Made by a program: the position numbers and the translations under genes. From positions 62,001 through 90,351 of the forward strand of contig JAXLNO010000332.1 in the NCBI GenBank assembly GCA_038087875.1: a stretch of 28,351 bases of DNA. The letters run 5' to 3'. Each line of letters starts with the position of its first letter. Within the stretch, counting starts at the first letter, position 1. Origin of the DNA: Malacoraja senta (taxonomy: Eukaryota). Shown piece by piece: positions 1 to 11,830 of this stretch. The notes under the pieces were generated by a model, which was given only the letters and a program-made list of their open reading frames with translations, was not told the origin of the DNA and searched no databases.

Positions 1-16
1 AAAAAATTAAAAAAAA

Positions 17-1646
17 CGTTTGCTACCCTCCAATCCTCAGGAACTACTCCAAAATCTAAAGAGTTTTGAAAAATTATCACTAATGCATCCACTATTTCTG
101 GAGCTACTTCCTTAAGTACTCTGGGATGCAGCCTATCTGGCCCTGGTGATTTATCGGCCTTTAATCAATTCAATTTACCCAACACCACTTCCCGACTAAC
201 CTGGATTTCACTCAGTTCCTCCATCTCCTTTGACCCGCGGCCCCCTGCTATTTCCGGCAGATTATTTATGTCTTCCTTAGTGAAGACGGAACCAAAGTAG
301 TTATTCAATTGGTCCGCCATATCCTTGTTCCCCATGATCAATTCACCTGTTTCTGACTGCAAGGGACCTACATTTGTTTTAACTAATCTCTTTCTCTTCA
401 CATATCTATAAAAACTTTTGCAGTCAGTTTTTATGTTCCCTGCCAGTTTCCTTTCATAACCTATATTCCCTTTCCTAATTAAGCCCTTTGTCCTTCTCTG
501 ATGTCTCTGAATTTCTCCCAGTCCTCTGGTATGCTGCTTTTTATGGCTAATTTGTACGCATCATCTTTTGCTTTGATACTATCGCTGATTTCCCTTGTTA
601 TCCACGGATGCACTACCTTCCCTGATTTATTCTTTTGCCAAACTGGGATGAACAATTTTTGTAGTTCATCCATGCAGTATTTAAATGCCTTCCATTGCAT
701 ATCCACCGTCAACCCTTTTAGAACTAATTACCAGTCAATCTTGGCCAATTCACGTCTCATACCCTCAAAGTTACCTTTCTTTAAGTTCAGAACCGTTGTT
801 TCTGAATTAACTATGTCACTCTCCATCCTAATGAAGAACTCAACCATATTATGGTAACTCTTGCCTAAGGGGGCACGCACAACAAGACTGCTAACTAACC
901 CTTCCTCATTACTCAATATCCAGTCTAGAATAGCCTGCTCTTTCGTTGGTTCCTCTACATGTTGGTTTAGATAACTATCCCGCATACATTCCAAGAAATG
1001 CTCTTCCTCAGCACCCCTGCCAATTTGATTCACCCAATCTATATGTAGATTGAAGTCACCCATTATAACTGCTTTGCCTTTGTTGCACGCATTTCTAATT
1101 TCATGTTTGATGCCATCCCCAACTTCACTACTACTGCTAGGTGCCCTGTACACAACACCCACAAGCGTTTTCTGCCTCTTAGTGTTTCGCAGCTCTACCC
1201 ATACCGATTCCACATCCTCCAAGCTAATGTCCTTCCTTTCCACTGCGTTAATCTCCTCTCTAACCAGCAACGCTACCCCACCTCCTTTTCCTTTCTCTCT
1301 ATCCCTCCTGAATATTGAATATCCCTGGATGTTCAGCTCCCAGCCTTGGTCACCCTGGAGCCATGTCTCCGTGATCCCAACTATATCATAATCATTAATT
1401 GCTATCTGCACGTTCAATTCATCCACCTTATTACGAATGCTCCTTGCATTGAGACTGCTCACCCATTTAAGAACCCCACCACCTCTTATTGTTTTCTTCT
1501 TTCCCCCCTACATGTTGGGTCTGAGTGCGTTCCTTCTCTGCATCCTGCCTCACACACTGTCTAATAGCATTCTCTATTTGAGTCCCTCCCCCCAACCATT
1601 CTAGTTTAAAGTCTCCCCAGTAGCCTTTGCAGATCTCCCCGCCAGG
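17..1646 (-). mobile_element. CR1 LINE fragment (end of ORF1 plus ORF2 APE endonuclease and linker), degenerate; copy A of a tandem duplication
   Basis: Minus ORFs 728..1462, 479..712 and 165..401 carry CR1 ORF2 motifs (LNARSIRNK, GITETW, GGGVALLV, GVVYR, MGDFN, ILDWIL). The sequence is the reverse-complement homologue of the + strand CR1 at 21779-24725. It is cut off at the left by an A-rich tail. Confidence 0.93.
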
Positions 1647-2144
1647 AGAGACAGAGACAGAGAGAGACAGAGAGAGACAGAGAGAGAGAGAGACACACAC
1701 ACAGAGAGTGGGAGACAGAGAGACAGAGAGAGAGACAGAGAGAGTCAGAGAGAGGGAGACAGATACAGAGACAGAGAGAGAGACATAGAGAGGGAGAGAG
1801 AGACACACACAGAGAGAGACAGAGAGAAAGAGACAGAATAAGGGAGAGAGAGAGACGGAGAGAGAGAGACAGAGAGAGAGACAGAGAGAGAGAGACAGTG
1901 AGAGGGAGAGACAGAGAGAGACACAGAGAGAGAGAGTGAGAGTGAGAGACAGAGAGAGAGGCAGAGAGAGAGAGAGGCAGAGAGAGAGACAGAGTGAGAG
2001 ACAGTGAGAGAGACAGAGAGAGACACTGAGAGAGAGAGGCAGAGAGAGACAGAGAGAGACAGAGAGAGACAGAGAGAGACAGAGAGTGAGAGAGACAGAG
2101 AGAGAGACAGAGAGAGAGACAGAGAGAGAGACAGAGAGAGAGAC

Positions 2145-2193
<49 letters not shown>

Positions 2194-2471
2194 GAGACAG
2201 AGAGAGACAGAGAGACAGAGAGAGACAGAGAGAGACAGAGAGAGACAGAGAGAGACAGAGAGAGACAGAGAGAGACAGAGAGAGACAGAGAGACAGAGAG
2301 ACAGAGAGAGTGAGAGAGACAGAGAGGGAGAGGCAGAGAGAGAGAGGCAGAAAGAGAGAGGCAGAGAGAGAGAGAGAGAGACAGACAGAGAGAGAGGCAG
2401 AGAGAGAGAGAGAGCCAGAGAGACACAGAGAGAGACCGAGAGAGACACACGGAGAGAGGGACAGAGAGAGA
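1647..2471 (+). repeat. Complex GA/GACA microsatellite tract
   Basis: Direct reading: (GA)n interrupted by CA, with an (AGAGACAGAG)n run near 2190-2290. Confidence 0.97.
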
Positions 2472-3011
2472 CATCAGCTCTTGGGTCTAGCGTGGTAGAC
2501 TACGCAATTACTGACATAGACCCCTGCACTATCAGTGCATTCACTGTTAGGCAGCAGTCCCCTCTTTCAGACCATAGTCAAATCAACGTGTACCTAAAAT
2601 TTCCTGATCAAACTAAAGACGTAAAAAAGGAACCCAGTAAGCTGTATAAACTAAATCAGACTTACAGATGTGCTTCAGATAGTGGAGATAAATTCATCAT
2701 GGCCCTGAATTCACCTGATCTCACAAATAATATACTGAAATTCAAGAAAAACCCATATGAGACTACTAGAGATGGTGTAAACATGGCTATAAATGACGTT
2801 AATATGATCTTTCACAAGGCAGCTATCAAAGCTAACCTTGTGAAACAGAAGAGAGAAATTATCAAAAAACACAACCATTAAAAATGGTTCGACTACGAGT
2901 GCAAAGGTGTCAGAAAAGTTCTGAGGAAAATATCGAACCAAAAACACGGTCAACCAAACAATCCAGACTTACCCATTAGATATAATGAAACTCTTAAAAG
3001 GTATAAACACA
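2472..3011 (+). mobile_element. RTEX-like LINE internal ORF2 fragment (copy 1), truncated at both ends
   Basis: Matches 14551-15087 of the full-length copy (VDYAITDIDP...SPLSDHSQ). It starts at the same base as copy 2 at 6831 and stops at tataaacaca. Confidence 0.92.
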
Positions 3012-4470
3012 TTGGAGCGATCCTCCTCTCACCAACGAAACTGAATAACATAAACTATAATAAGAACCCAATCATACATAGTACAATCAGAATTTGGAAA
3101 CAAATAAAACAAAATTTAAAATAAAGAAATGTTTCACTTTTATCTCCCATAGTTAATAACCCTTCGTTTAAACCCTCTACTACAGATAAAGCCTTCATAC
3201 AATGGGATAGACTAGGAATTAAAACGTTCGGTGACCTGTATGAAACTGGAAAATTACTATCATTTCAGCAATTACAAATAAAATATAAGCTTGGAAATAA
3301 TCAATATTTTAAATATTTTCAAATATGTGACTATTTGAAAAAATATATAAAAGATCATTATAATAGCCCAGTAGATGTTTTGGATGATGCAATGCAGATA
3401 AAAGCTGATTCAGCAAATTCAATATCATATTTGTATAATATCATTTTAAATGTAGAAATTCCATCTACGGAAGGTATTAGAAGAGAATGGGAACAAGATT
3501 TAGCTATTAAAATCTCAAAGGAAAAGTGGAATGAATACTTATTAAAAGTGCATAAATGTTCGATAAATGTAAGACATACTTTAATACAATTCAAAATTTT
3601 ACATAGATTATACTATTCTAAAACTAAAATCCATAAGATTTTCCCAAATATATCATTAAACTGTGATAAATGTCAATCTCAAGAAGCTACTATAGCGCAT
3701 TCATTTGTCTTTTGTACACAAATTCAAAAATTTTGGATTGACATTTTTGAAATCTTTACAAAATTATTTAAAATAAAACTGATACCCAAAGCAGAATGGA
3801 TTATCTTCGGAATAACTGAAGATAGTCCAGAACTAAATGTGATTCAAAATAAACTAATAGACTATGGGTTAATAACTGGAAAAAAGTTAATCCTCAAATT
3901 TTGGAAAAATGCTCCAATACCAACTATAAACATGTGGATTTCAAATATGTTTGAAACATTATACCTTGAAGAGATAAGACTCCTCCTGGCAGGTAAACCA
4001 GACCACTTCCATCTGACGTGGTCGGCATTTATAGAATTATTACAAATATAGGGTGCAAAGGTACTTTAAAAAAACTGAGGTCGGGTAGGGGGGGGATGAA
4101 AATTGGAGATTTGGTATGTCCCATTTGCGGGATGCTGATAAAAAAGGTATTTGTTCTTCTCTTTTTCCTTTCTCTTTTTCTTCTTCTTTTCTAGGGTCTA
4201 CTTCTTAACTCTTTTTCTTATAGGGTCTTTGTTCTTTCTTGTTGTCACGTTTTTTGTTTTGTTTTTTACACTTTCACCTTTTCCTTCACTTTCCTCTTTC
4301 TCTTAATCTTATCCTCTCCCTTTATCAATGTAAAAAAAAAAAAAAAACGGAGTACATTAATTGTAATAAAATATATGTGACGAGTACTAATGGATGTGGT
4401 TGTAACGCAATGTGCTTCTAATAAATAAAATATATTTAAAAAAAAATTTTTTTTTTTAAACAAAAAAGAA
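3012..4470 (+). mobile_element. L1-clade LINE 3' fragment (ORF2 C-terminus, 3' UTR, A-rich tail)
   Basis: The frame from 3011 reads IGAILLSP..NPIIHSTIRIWKQ..(TAA 3122-3124)..NNPSFKPS..WDRLGIKTFGDLY, then ORF 3335..4051 with the CCHC knuckle CDKC-x7-H-x4-C typical of fish L1 ORF2. It is followed by a G-rich tract (about 4083-4095), a T-rich UTR, AATAAA (about 4420-4430) and a decayed poly(A). Confidence 0.85.
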
Positions 4471-6116
4471 CGTTTGCTACCCTCCAATCCTCAGGAACTA
4501 CTCCAAAATCTAAAGAGTTTTGAAAAAATTATCACTAATGCATCCACTATTTCTGGAGCTACTTCCTTAAGTACTCTGGGATGCAGCCTATCTGGCCCTG
4601 GTGATTTATCGGCCTTTAATCCATTCAATTTACCCAACACCACTTCCCGACTAACCTGGATTTCGCTCAGTTCCTCCATCTCCTTTGACCCGCGGCCCCC
4701 TGCTATTTCCGGCAGATTATTTATGTCTTCCTTAGTGAAGACGGAACCAAAGTAGTTATTCAATTGGTCCGCCATATCCTTGTTCCACATGATCAATTCA
4801 CCTGTTTCTGACTGCAAGGGACCTACATTTGTTTTAACTAATCTCTTTCTCTTCACATATCTATAAAAACGTTTGCAGTCAGTTTTTATGTTCCCTGCCA
4901 GTTAACTTTCATAATCTATTTTCCCTTTCCTAATTAAGCCCTTTGTCCTCCTCTGCTTGTCTCTGAATTTCTCCCAGTCCTCTGGTATGCTGCTTTTTCT
5001 GGCTAATTTGTACGCATCATCTTTTGCTTTGATACTATCCCTGATTTCCCTTGTTATCCACGGATGCACTACCTTCCCTGATTTATTCTTTTGCCAAACT
5101 GGGATGAACAATTTTTGTAGTTCATCCATGCAGTATTTAAATGCCTTCCATTGCATATCCACCGTCAACCCTTTTAGAACTAATTACCAGTCAATCTTGG
5201 CCAATTCACGTCTCATACCCTCAAAGTTACCTTTCTTTAAGTTCAGAACCGTTGTTTCTGAATTAACTATGTCACTCTCCATCCTAATGAAGAACTCAAC
5301 CATATTATGGTCACTCTTGCCTAAGGGGGCACGCACAACAAGAGTGCTAACTAACCCTTCCTCATTACTCAATATCCAGTCTAGAATAGCCTGCTCTCTC
5401 TTTGGTTCCTCTACATGTTGGTTTAGATAACTATCCCGCATACATTCCAAGAAATCCTCTTCCTCAGCACCCCTGCCAATTTGATTCACCCAATCTATAT
5501 GTAGATTGAAGTCACCCATTATAACTGCTTTGCCTTTGTTGCACGCATTTCTAATTTCCTGTTTGATGCCATCCCCAACTTCACTACTACTGCTAGGTGG
5601 CCTGTACACAACACCCACCAGCGTTTTCTGCCTCTTAGTGTTTCGCAGCTCTACCCATACCGATTCCACATCCTCCAAGCTAATGTCCTTCCTTTCCACT
5701 GCGTTAATCTCCTCTCTAACCAGCAACGCTACCCCACCTCCTTTTCCTTTCTCTCTATCCCTCCTGAATATTGAATATCCCTGGATGTTCAGCTCCCAGC
5801 CTTGGTCAACCTGGAGCCATGTCTCCGTGATCCCAACTATATCATAACCATTAATTGCTATCTGCACGTTCAACTCATCCACCTTCTTACGAATGCTCCT
5901 TGCATTGAGACTGCTCACCCATTTAAGAACCCCACCACCTCTTATTCTCTGTTTATTATTGTTTTCTTCTTTCCCCCCTACATGTTGGGTCTGAGTGCTT
6001 TCCTTCTCTGCCTCCTGCCTCACGCACTGTCTAATAGCATTCTCTATTTGAGTCCCTCCCCCCAACCATTCTAGTTTAAAGTCTCCCCAGTAGCATTTGC
6101 ATATCTCCCCGCCAGG
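4471..6116 (-). mobile_element. CR1 LINE fragment, copy B of the tandem duplication
   Basis: Near-identical to 17-1646 with the same two end points. Minus ORFs 4491..4856, 4902..5168 and the C-terminal half of 5184..6833 encode the APE domain (GKSDHNMV) and KSPGPD motif. Confidence 0.93.
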
Positions 6117-6322
6117 AGAGACAGAGACAGAGAGAGACAGAGAGAGACAGAGAGAGAGAGACACACACACACACACAGAGGGAGACAGAGAGACAGAGAG
6201 AGAGAGAGACACACACACACACAGAGAGACAGAGAGAGACAGACAGAAGCAGGGAGAGAGAGACGGAGAGAGAGAGACAGAGAGAGAGAGACAGAAAGAG
6301 AGAGACAGAGAGAGGGAGAGAC

Positions 6323-6358
<36 letters not shown>

Positions 6359-6830
6359 TGAGAGTGAGAGACAGAGAGAGAGGCAGAGAGAGAGAGGCAG
6401 AGAGAGAGACAGAGTGAGAGACAGTGAGAGAGACAGAGAGAGACACAGAGAGAGAGAGGCAGAGAGAGACAGAGAGAGACAGAGAGAGACAGAGAGAGAC
6501 AGAGAGAGACAGAGAGAGAGAGAGACAGAGAGAGAGACAGAGAGAGAGACAGAGAGAGAGACAGAGAGAGAGAGACAGAGAGAGACAGACAGAGAGAGAC
6601 AGAGAGACAGAGAGAGACAGAGAGAGACAGAGAGAGACAGAGAGAGACAAAGAGACAGAGAGACAGAGAGAGTGAGAGAGAGAGACAGATAGGGAGAGGC
6701 AGAGAGAGAGGCAGAAAGAGAGAGGAAGAGAGAGAGAGAGAGACAGACAGCGAGAGAGGCAGAGAGAGAGAGAGCCAGAGAACACAGAGAGAGACCGAGA
6801 GAGACAGACAGAGAGAGAGACATGGAGAGA
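6117..6830 (+). repeat. Complex GA/GACA tract, paralogue of 1647-2471
   Basis: Same landmark order (cacacac, gagacggag, gtgagagtgag, gagccagag, gagaccgag) with different run lengths. Confidence 0.96.
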
Positions 6831-9800
6831 CATCAGCTCTTGGGTCTAGCGTGGTAGCGTACGCAATTACTGACATAGACCCCTGCACTATCAGTGCATT
6901 CACTGTTAGGCAGCAGTCCCCTCTTTCAGACCATAATCAAATCAACGTGTACCTAACATTTCCTGTTCAAACTAAAGACGTAAAAAAGGAACCCAGTAAG
7001 CTGTATAAACTAAATCAGACTTACAGATGGGCTTCAGATAGTGGAGATAAATTCATCATGGCCCTGAATTCACCTGATCTCACAAATAAAATACTGAAAT
7101 TCAAGACAAACCCATTTGAGACTACTAGAGATGGTGTAAACATGGCTATAAATGACGTTAATATGATCTTTCACAAGGCAGCTATCAAAGCTAACCTTGT
7201 GAAACAGAAGAGAAAATTATCAAAAAAACACAACCATGAAAAATAGTTCGACTACGAGTGCAAAAGTGTCAGAAAAGTTCTGAGGAAAATATCGAACCAA
7301 AAACACCGTCAACCAAACAATCCAGACTTACCCATTAGATATAATGAAACTCTTAAAAGGTATAAACACACGATTAGGAACAAAAAACAAAATCACACTC
7401 ACAAAAGCCTCGAAGAAATTGAAAATTCCATAAATCAAAACCAATTTTGGGATATGTGGAATAACCTGAGCACAACAAAACTACAAACATTACCAATTCA
7501 AGACGGTGATATCTGGAGAGCACATTTCAAAAATCTATACAAAGACATCCCAATAAATAAAATAAACTCAAATCATTCTCATATCAAACAAAAACTCCAA
7601 ACACTAGAAACAGTAATTAAAGATTATCAAAACCCTCTTGATTTCCCTATTACTTTGGAAGAACTGACCTTAAAAATAAAATCTATTCACTCAAAGAAAG
7701 CCTGTGGTCCAGATAGCATTAAAATGAAATGGTCAAGTACAGCACTCCGGAGATGCAGGATATAGTGCTTAGGCTGTTCAACATCATACTACGTTCAGGT
7801 TATTTCCCTGATATTTGGTGTCAAGGGCTTATTTCACCCATTTATAAGAGTGGAAACAAACTGGACCCAAATAATTATTGCGGCAACTGTGTCAGTAGCT
7901 GCCTAGGGAAGTTATTCTTCAGTATCATAAATAACAGAATGCAGGATTTCCTTAACAAATACAACATTCTCAGTAAAAACCAAATTGGCTTCCTCCCAAA
8001 ACACCGTACCACTGACCACATTTATACCCTCCACACTCTCATTGAAAAACATGTACACCAAGCAAAAAATGGAAAAATATTTGCCTGTTTTATTGACTTT
8101 GAGAAAGCATTTGACCCTATTTGGCATGAAGGGCTCTATTACAAACTCCTCTGTTGTGGTATAGGAGGAAAGGTATATGACCTTATCAAATCAATGTATC
8201 TGAATAATAAATGTGGCGTTAAAATTGGGGACAAACGCACTGATCTCTTCGCCCAGAGAAGAGGCATCCGGCAAGGCTGCACTCTGAGCCCGACACTGTT
8301 TAATGTATATATCAACGATTTGGCAGTAAAGCTGGACCAGAGCACTGCGCCGGGACTCTGTCTTCTGGACGGAGAGGTAAATTCCCTGTTTTATGCGGAT
8401 GACTTAGTTCTGCTGTCCCCCACAGAACAGGGACTGCAGCAACAGTTGGACCTACTTGATGAGTACTGCCAAAATTGGGCCCTGGCAGTAAATCTAAAGA
8501 AAACCAACATCATGATTTTTCAGAAAAGACCCAGATGTCAGGAAGATAAATACAAATTTACTCTCAATAGTATTTTAACCGAACACACTATGACCTATAC
8601 TTACCTTGGTCTAACTGTTGCAGCATCAGGGAGCTTCAATATGGCAGTGAATGCACTAAAACAGAAAGCTCGAAGAGCTCTGTATACAATAAAAAAGAAG
8701 ATTCTACAAATCCAAATTCCAATTAAAATCTGGCTTAAAATATTTTACAGTGTAATCCAGCCTATTGCGCTTTATGGTAGTGAAGTATGTCAGTCACCAT
8801 AGTTATAGTAAATGGGAAAAACATACAACGGAGGCCCTGCATGCGGAATTTTGTCGGAACATCCTCCGCATCCAAAGGAAAACACCAACAAACGCATGTA
8901 GGGCGGAATTAGGAGGATACCAACTGATAATAAATATCCTGAAAAGAGCACTACATTTATGGAATCACCTTAAATCTAGCCCACCAGATACCCTCCAGTT
9001 TAAAGCCCTTAAAACACAAGAGGGGAGCCCAGAAAAGAGCTCCCTGTGTCAGTTAGTACTGAGACTAACTACCCCTATTCAGTTAAACCCTATCCAGTTA
9101 AATCCTGACCAGCGTCAGATCAATACTGATCCCCAATCACCAGTTAGAGTGAACCAAATTATCAAACAATGTAAAGAAACGTATTTGGAACATTGGGATA
9201 AAGAAACCAAAAGCCAAAGCTGATTAGAATGTTACCATACCCTAAAATGAGATTATAAATTGGCAGACTATCTCTCAACTGTTAGAGAAATAAAACAGAG
9301 ACAGACCCTCACCACATACAGGCTAAGTGACCACTATTTGGCAGTTGAAAAAGGAAGACAGAAGAGATTCTGGCTACCAAGAGAAAACAGAATATGCGCC
9401 CACTGTTTGACAGATGAGGTTGAAACAGAGGTGCACTTCGTCCTAAAATGCAAACAATTTGACAAAACAAGGAAAACATACTTTGACAAACTCAGTCTGG
9501 CACCCCCTGACTTTAAAGAACTAGATGATACATCAAAACTAAGAATAATCCTTGGTGAAGGAAATACGGCACATCTTGGTGCACAATATTTAACAGCATG
9601 CCATAACCTGAGAGACGGTGAATGACCAATATGCACATATGTACGCACACACTAATTGACATTAACTGACACTAAGAAATAATATTGAATTGCCAAACTT
9701 GCTATCCTGCTGCAAGAACGTGTAGCAATCAATAAAGGGCTATAGGCCTCTTGCGAGTTTATGTACAGGGACATATATATCCATGCACTGTATGCTTGTA

Positions 9801-9909
9801 TTTATACTTATGCATTTTAAATATGTATGTCATGTTTTATACTTTGGCAATATAGCTGTATTTTTTAGCATGCCAATAAAGTTTTTTAATTGAAATTGAA
9901 TTGAATTGA
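6831..9909 (+). mobile_element. RTEX-like LINE, 5'-truncated and degenerate (copy 2)
   Basis: ORF pieces 6851..7246, 7454..7765, 7729..8802, 8765..9223 and 9260..9625 align collinearly with ORF2 14025..17351 (FIDFEKAFD, RQGCTLSP, YADD, YLG, C-terminal CCHC) and show frameshifts and stops. AATAAA at 9875-9880 and a (TTGAA)n tail run into GA. Confidence 0.95.
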
Positions 9910-10053
9910 GAGAGAGAGAGACAGAGACAGAGAGATAGAGACAGAGACAGAGAGAGAGAGACAGAGAGAGAGTGCGAGAGAGAGAGACAGAGAGAGAAGA
10001 GAGAGAGAGGCAGAGAGAGAAAGAGAGAGATAGGCAGAGACAGAGAGAGAGAC

Positions 10054-10102
<49 letters not shown>

Positions 10103-10350
10103 CAGAGAGAGAGAGACAGAGAGAGAGAGAGACAGAGAGCGAGAGAGAGACAGAGAGACAGAGGTAATAATAATAATAATAGATTTTATTTATATAGCGC
10201 TTTTCAGGACTCGCTTACAGAGAGAGATGGAGAGAGAGAGATACTGAGAGAGAGAGGGGCAGAGATACAGAGACAGAGACAGAGAGAGAGGGACAGAGAG
10301 AGAGACAGAGAGAGACAGAGAGAGACAGAGAGACAGAGAGACAGACAGAC

Positions 10351-10397
<47 letters not shown>

Positions 10398-10561
10398 GGA
10401 AGAGGGAGAGAGAGATAGAGAGATATACAGAGAGAGAGATACAGAGAGATAGAGAGAGAGACAGAGAGAGACAGTGAGAGACAGAGCGAGAGACAGAGAG
10501 TCAGAGACAGAGAGAGCACAAAGGGAGAGAGACAGAGAGAGAGACAGAGAGAGACAGAGAC

Positions 10562-10594
<33 letters not shown>

Positions 10595-10701
10595 CATAGA
10601 GAGAGAGAGAGACAGAGAGAGAGACAGAGACAGAGAGACACAGAGAGAGAGAGACATAGATAGACAGAGAGATACAGAGAGAGACAGAGAGAGAGATAGA
10701 C

Positions 10702-10748
<47 letters not shown>

Positions 10749-10752
10749 GAGT

Positions 10753-10786
<34 letters not shown>

Positions 10787-10979
10787 CAGAGAGCGAGGCA
10801 GAGAGAGAGAGACAGAGAGAGACAGAGACACAGCGAGACAGAGAGAGACAGACAGAGAGACAGAGAGAGGGACAGAGAGAGAGACAGACAGAGAGAAAGA
10901 GAGAGACAGAGAGAGAGAGAATGAGAGAGAGAGACAGAGAGAGAGGCTGTGAGAGAGAGAGAGAGACAGAGAGAGTGGC

Positions 10980-11011
<32 letters not shown>

Positions 11012-11197
11012 AGGGACAGAGAGACGGATACAGAGAGACGGATACAGAGGTAGGGAGGGATACAGAGAGAGAGAAAGAGACAGAGAGAGAGAGAGAGAGA
11101 CATACAGAGAGATAGAGATACAGAGAGATACAGACAGACAGAGAGACAGAGATGAGACAGAGAGAGACAGAGAGAGAGAGAGACAGAGAGAGAGACA
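9909..11197 (+). repeat. Complex GA/GACA/GATA satellite tract
   Basis: Direct reading; interrupted at 10165-10219. Confidence 0.97.
10165..10219 (-). mobile_element. Very short L2-like LINE/SINE 3' tail
   Basis: Reverse complement reads tgtaagcgagtcctgaaaagcgctatataaataaaatctattattattattatta, which resembles fish L2-clade 3' ends with a (TAT)n tail. It is the same family as 20844-20967. Confidence 0.7.
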
Positions 11198-11700
11198 GGG
11201 GGAGAGATCCAAGATGGCGGCGCCCGCGGTGATACTTGCGTGAGTCCCGGGGAAAATTATTGATTATTCATCGTTGCCGTCGTCCCCAGAAGGCAAGGAT
11301 TTGGGACTCGGGAGCCGTGTGGGGAGGGAGAAATATCCCCCCTAACTTACGTTTCTAGCGGTCTCCATCTCCATCGCCGTCCACCTAAACGGGAGATCGG
11401 GTCTGGACCCGCGGGAGAGAGAGAGAGAGGGAGAGAGAAAGACGCTGGAGGCCGGTACCACAGGCACCGATACCCGGAGTCGGCGAACTCCCGACACTGC
11501 GGGCGGGTTCCCGTTCCCTGTGAAGAACAGATATAAAGCCAGCCCAGCCCTGCCCTTGCTGTGAGAGAGAGAGAGAGAGCCGGGTGTGCGCTGTGCGACA
11601 GAGACCCTCCGTTTGCTGCAGCCCCACGAGGCCCGTGAGTAAACAGCCCGTGAAAACTGGCCCGAGGCTGGTCGACCCAACAAGGTCTGTGTGGCCAAAA
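11198..11700 (+). promoter_or_regulatory. Putative internal promoter / 5' UTR with YY1-type site AAGATGGCGG (11211-11220)
   Basis: gggggagagatccaagatggcggcg lies at the element boundary. This is the only CpG-rich stretch in the window. Confidence 0.6.
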
Positions 11701-11830
11701 CATACTGAAACTGAACTTATCCAACAAAAACCATACCTAAAGTGGGACAGGGTGTGAAAACACGAAAACTTGAAAAGGGGAATAAATAAATAAATTGATA
11801 AATAAATAAATAAACAAACAATCAGATAAA

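Noticed and set aside
501..1564. Short ORFs antisense to LINE coding regions (also 4957..5430, 5506..5847, 9334..9648, 23776..24189 and others)
   Set aside because: They are shadow frames of CR1 or RTEX ORF2 that recur only because the elements are repeated.
5184..6833. 549-aa ORF fusing an SL-repeat to a CR1 endonuclease
   Set aside because: This is chance read-through from (TC)n into a deleted CR1. The duplicate copy (728..1462 and 1467..2474) does not keep the fusion.
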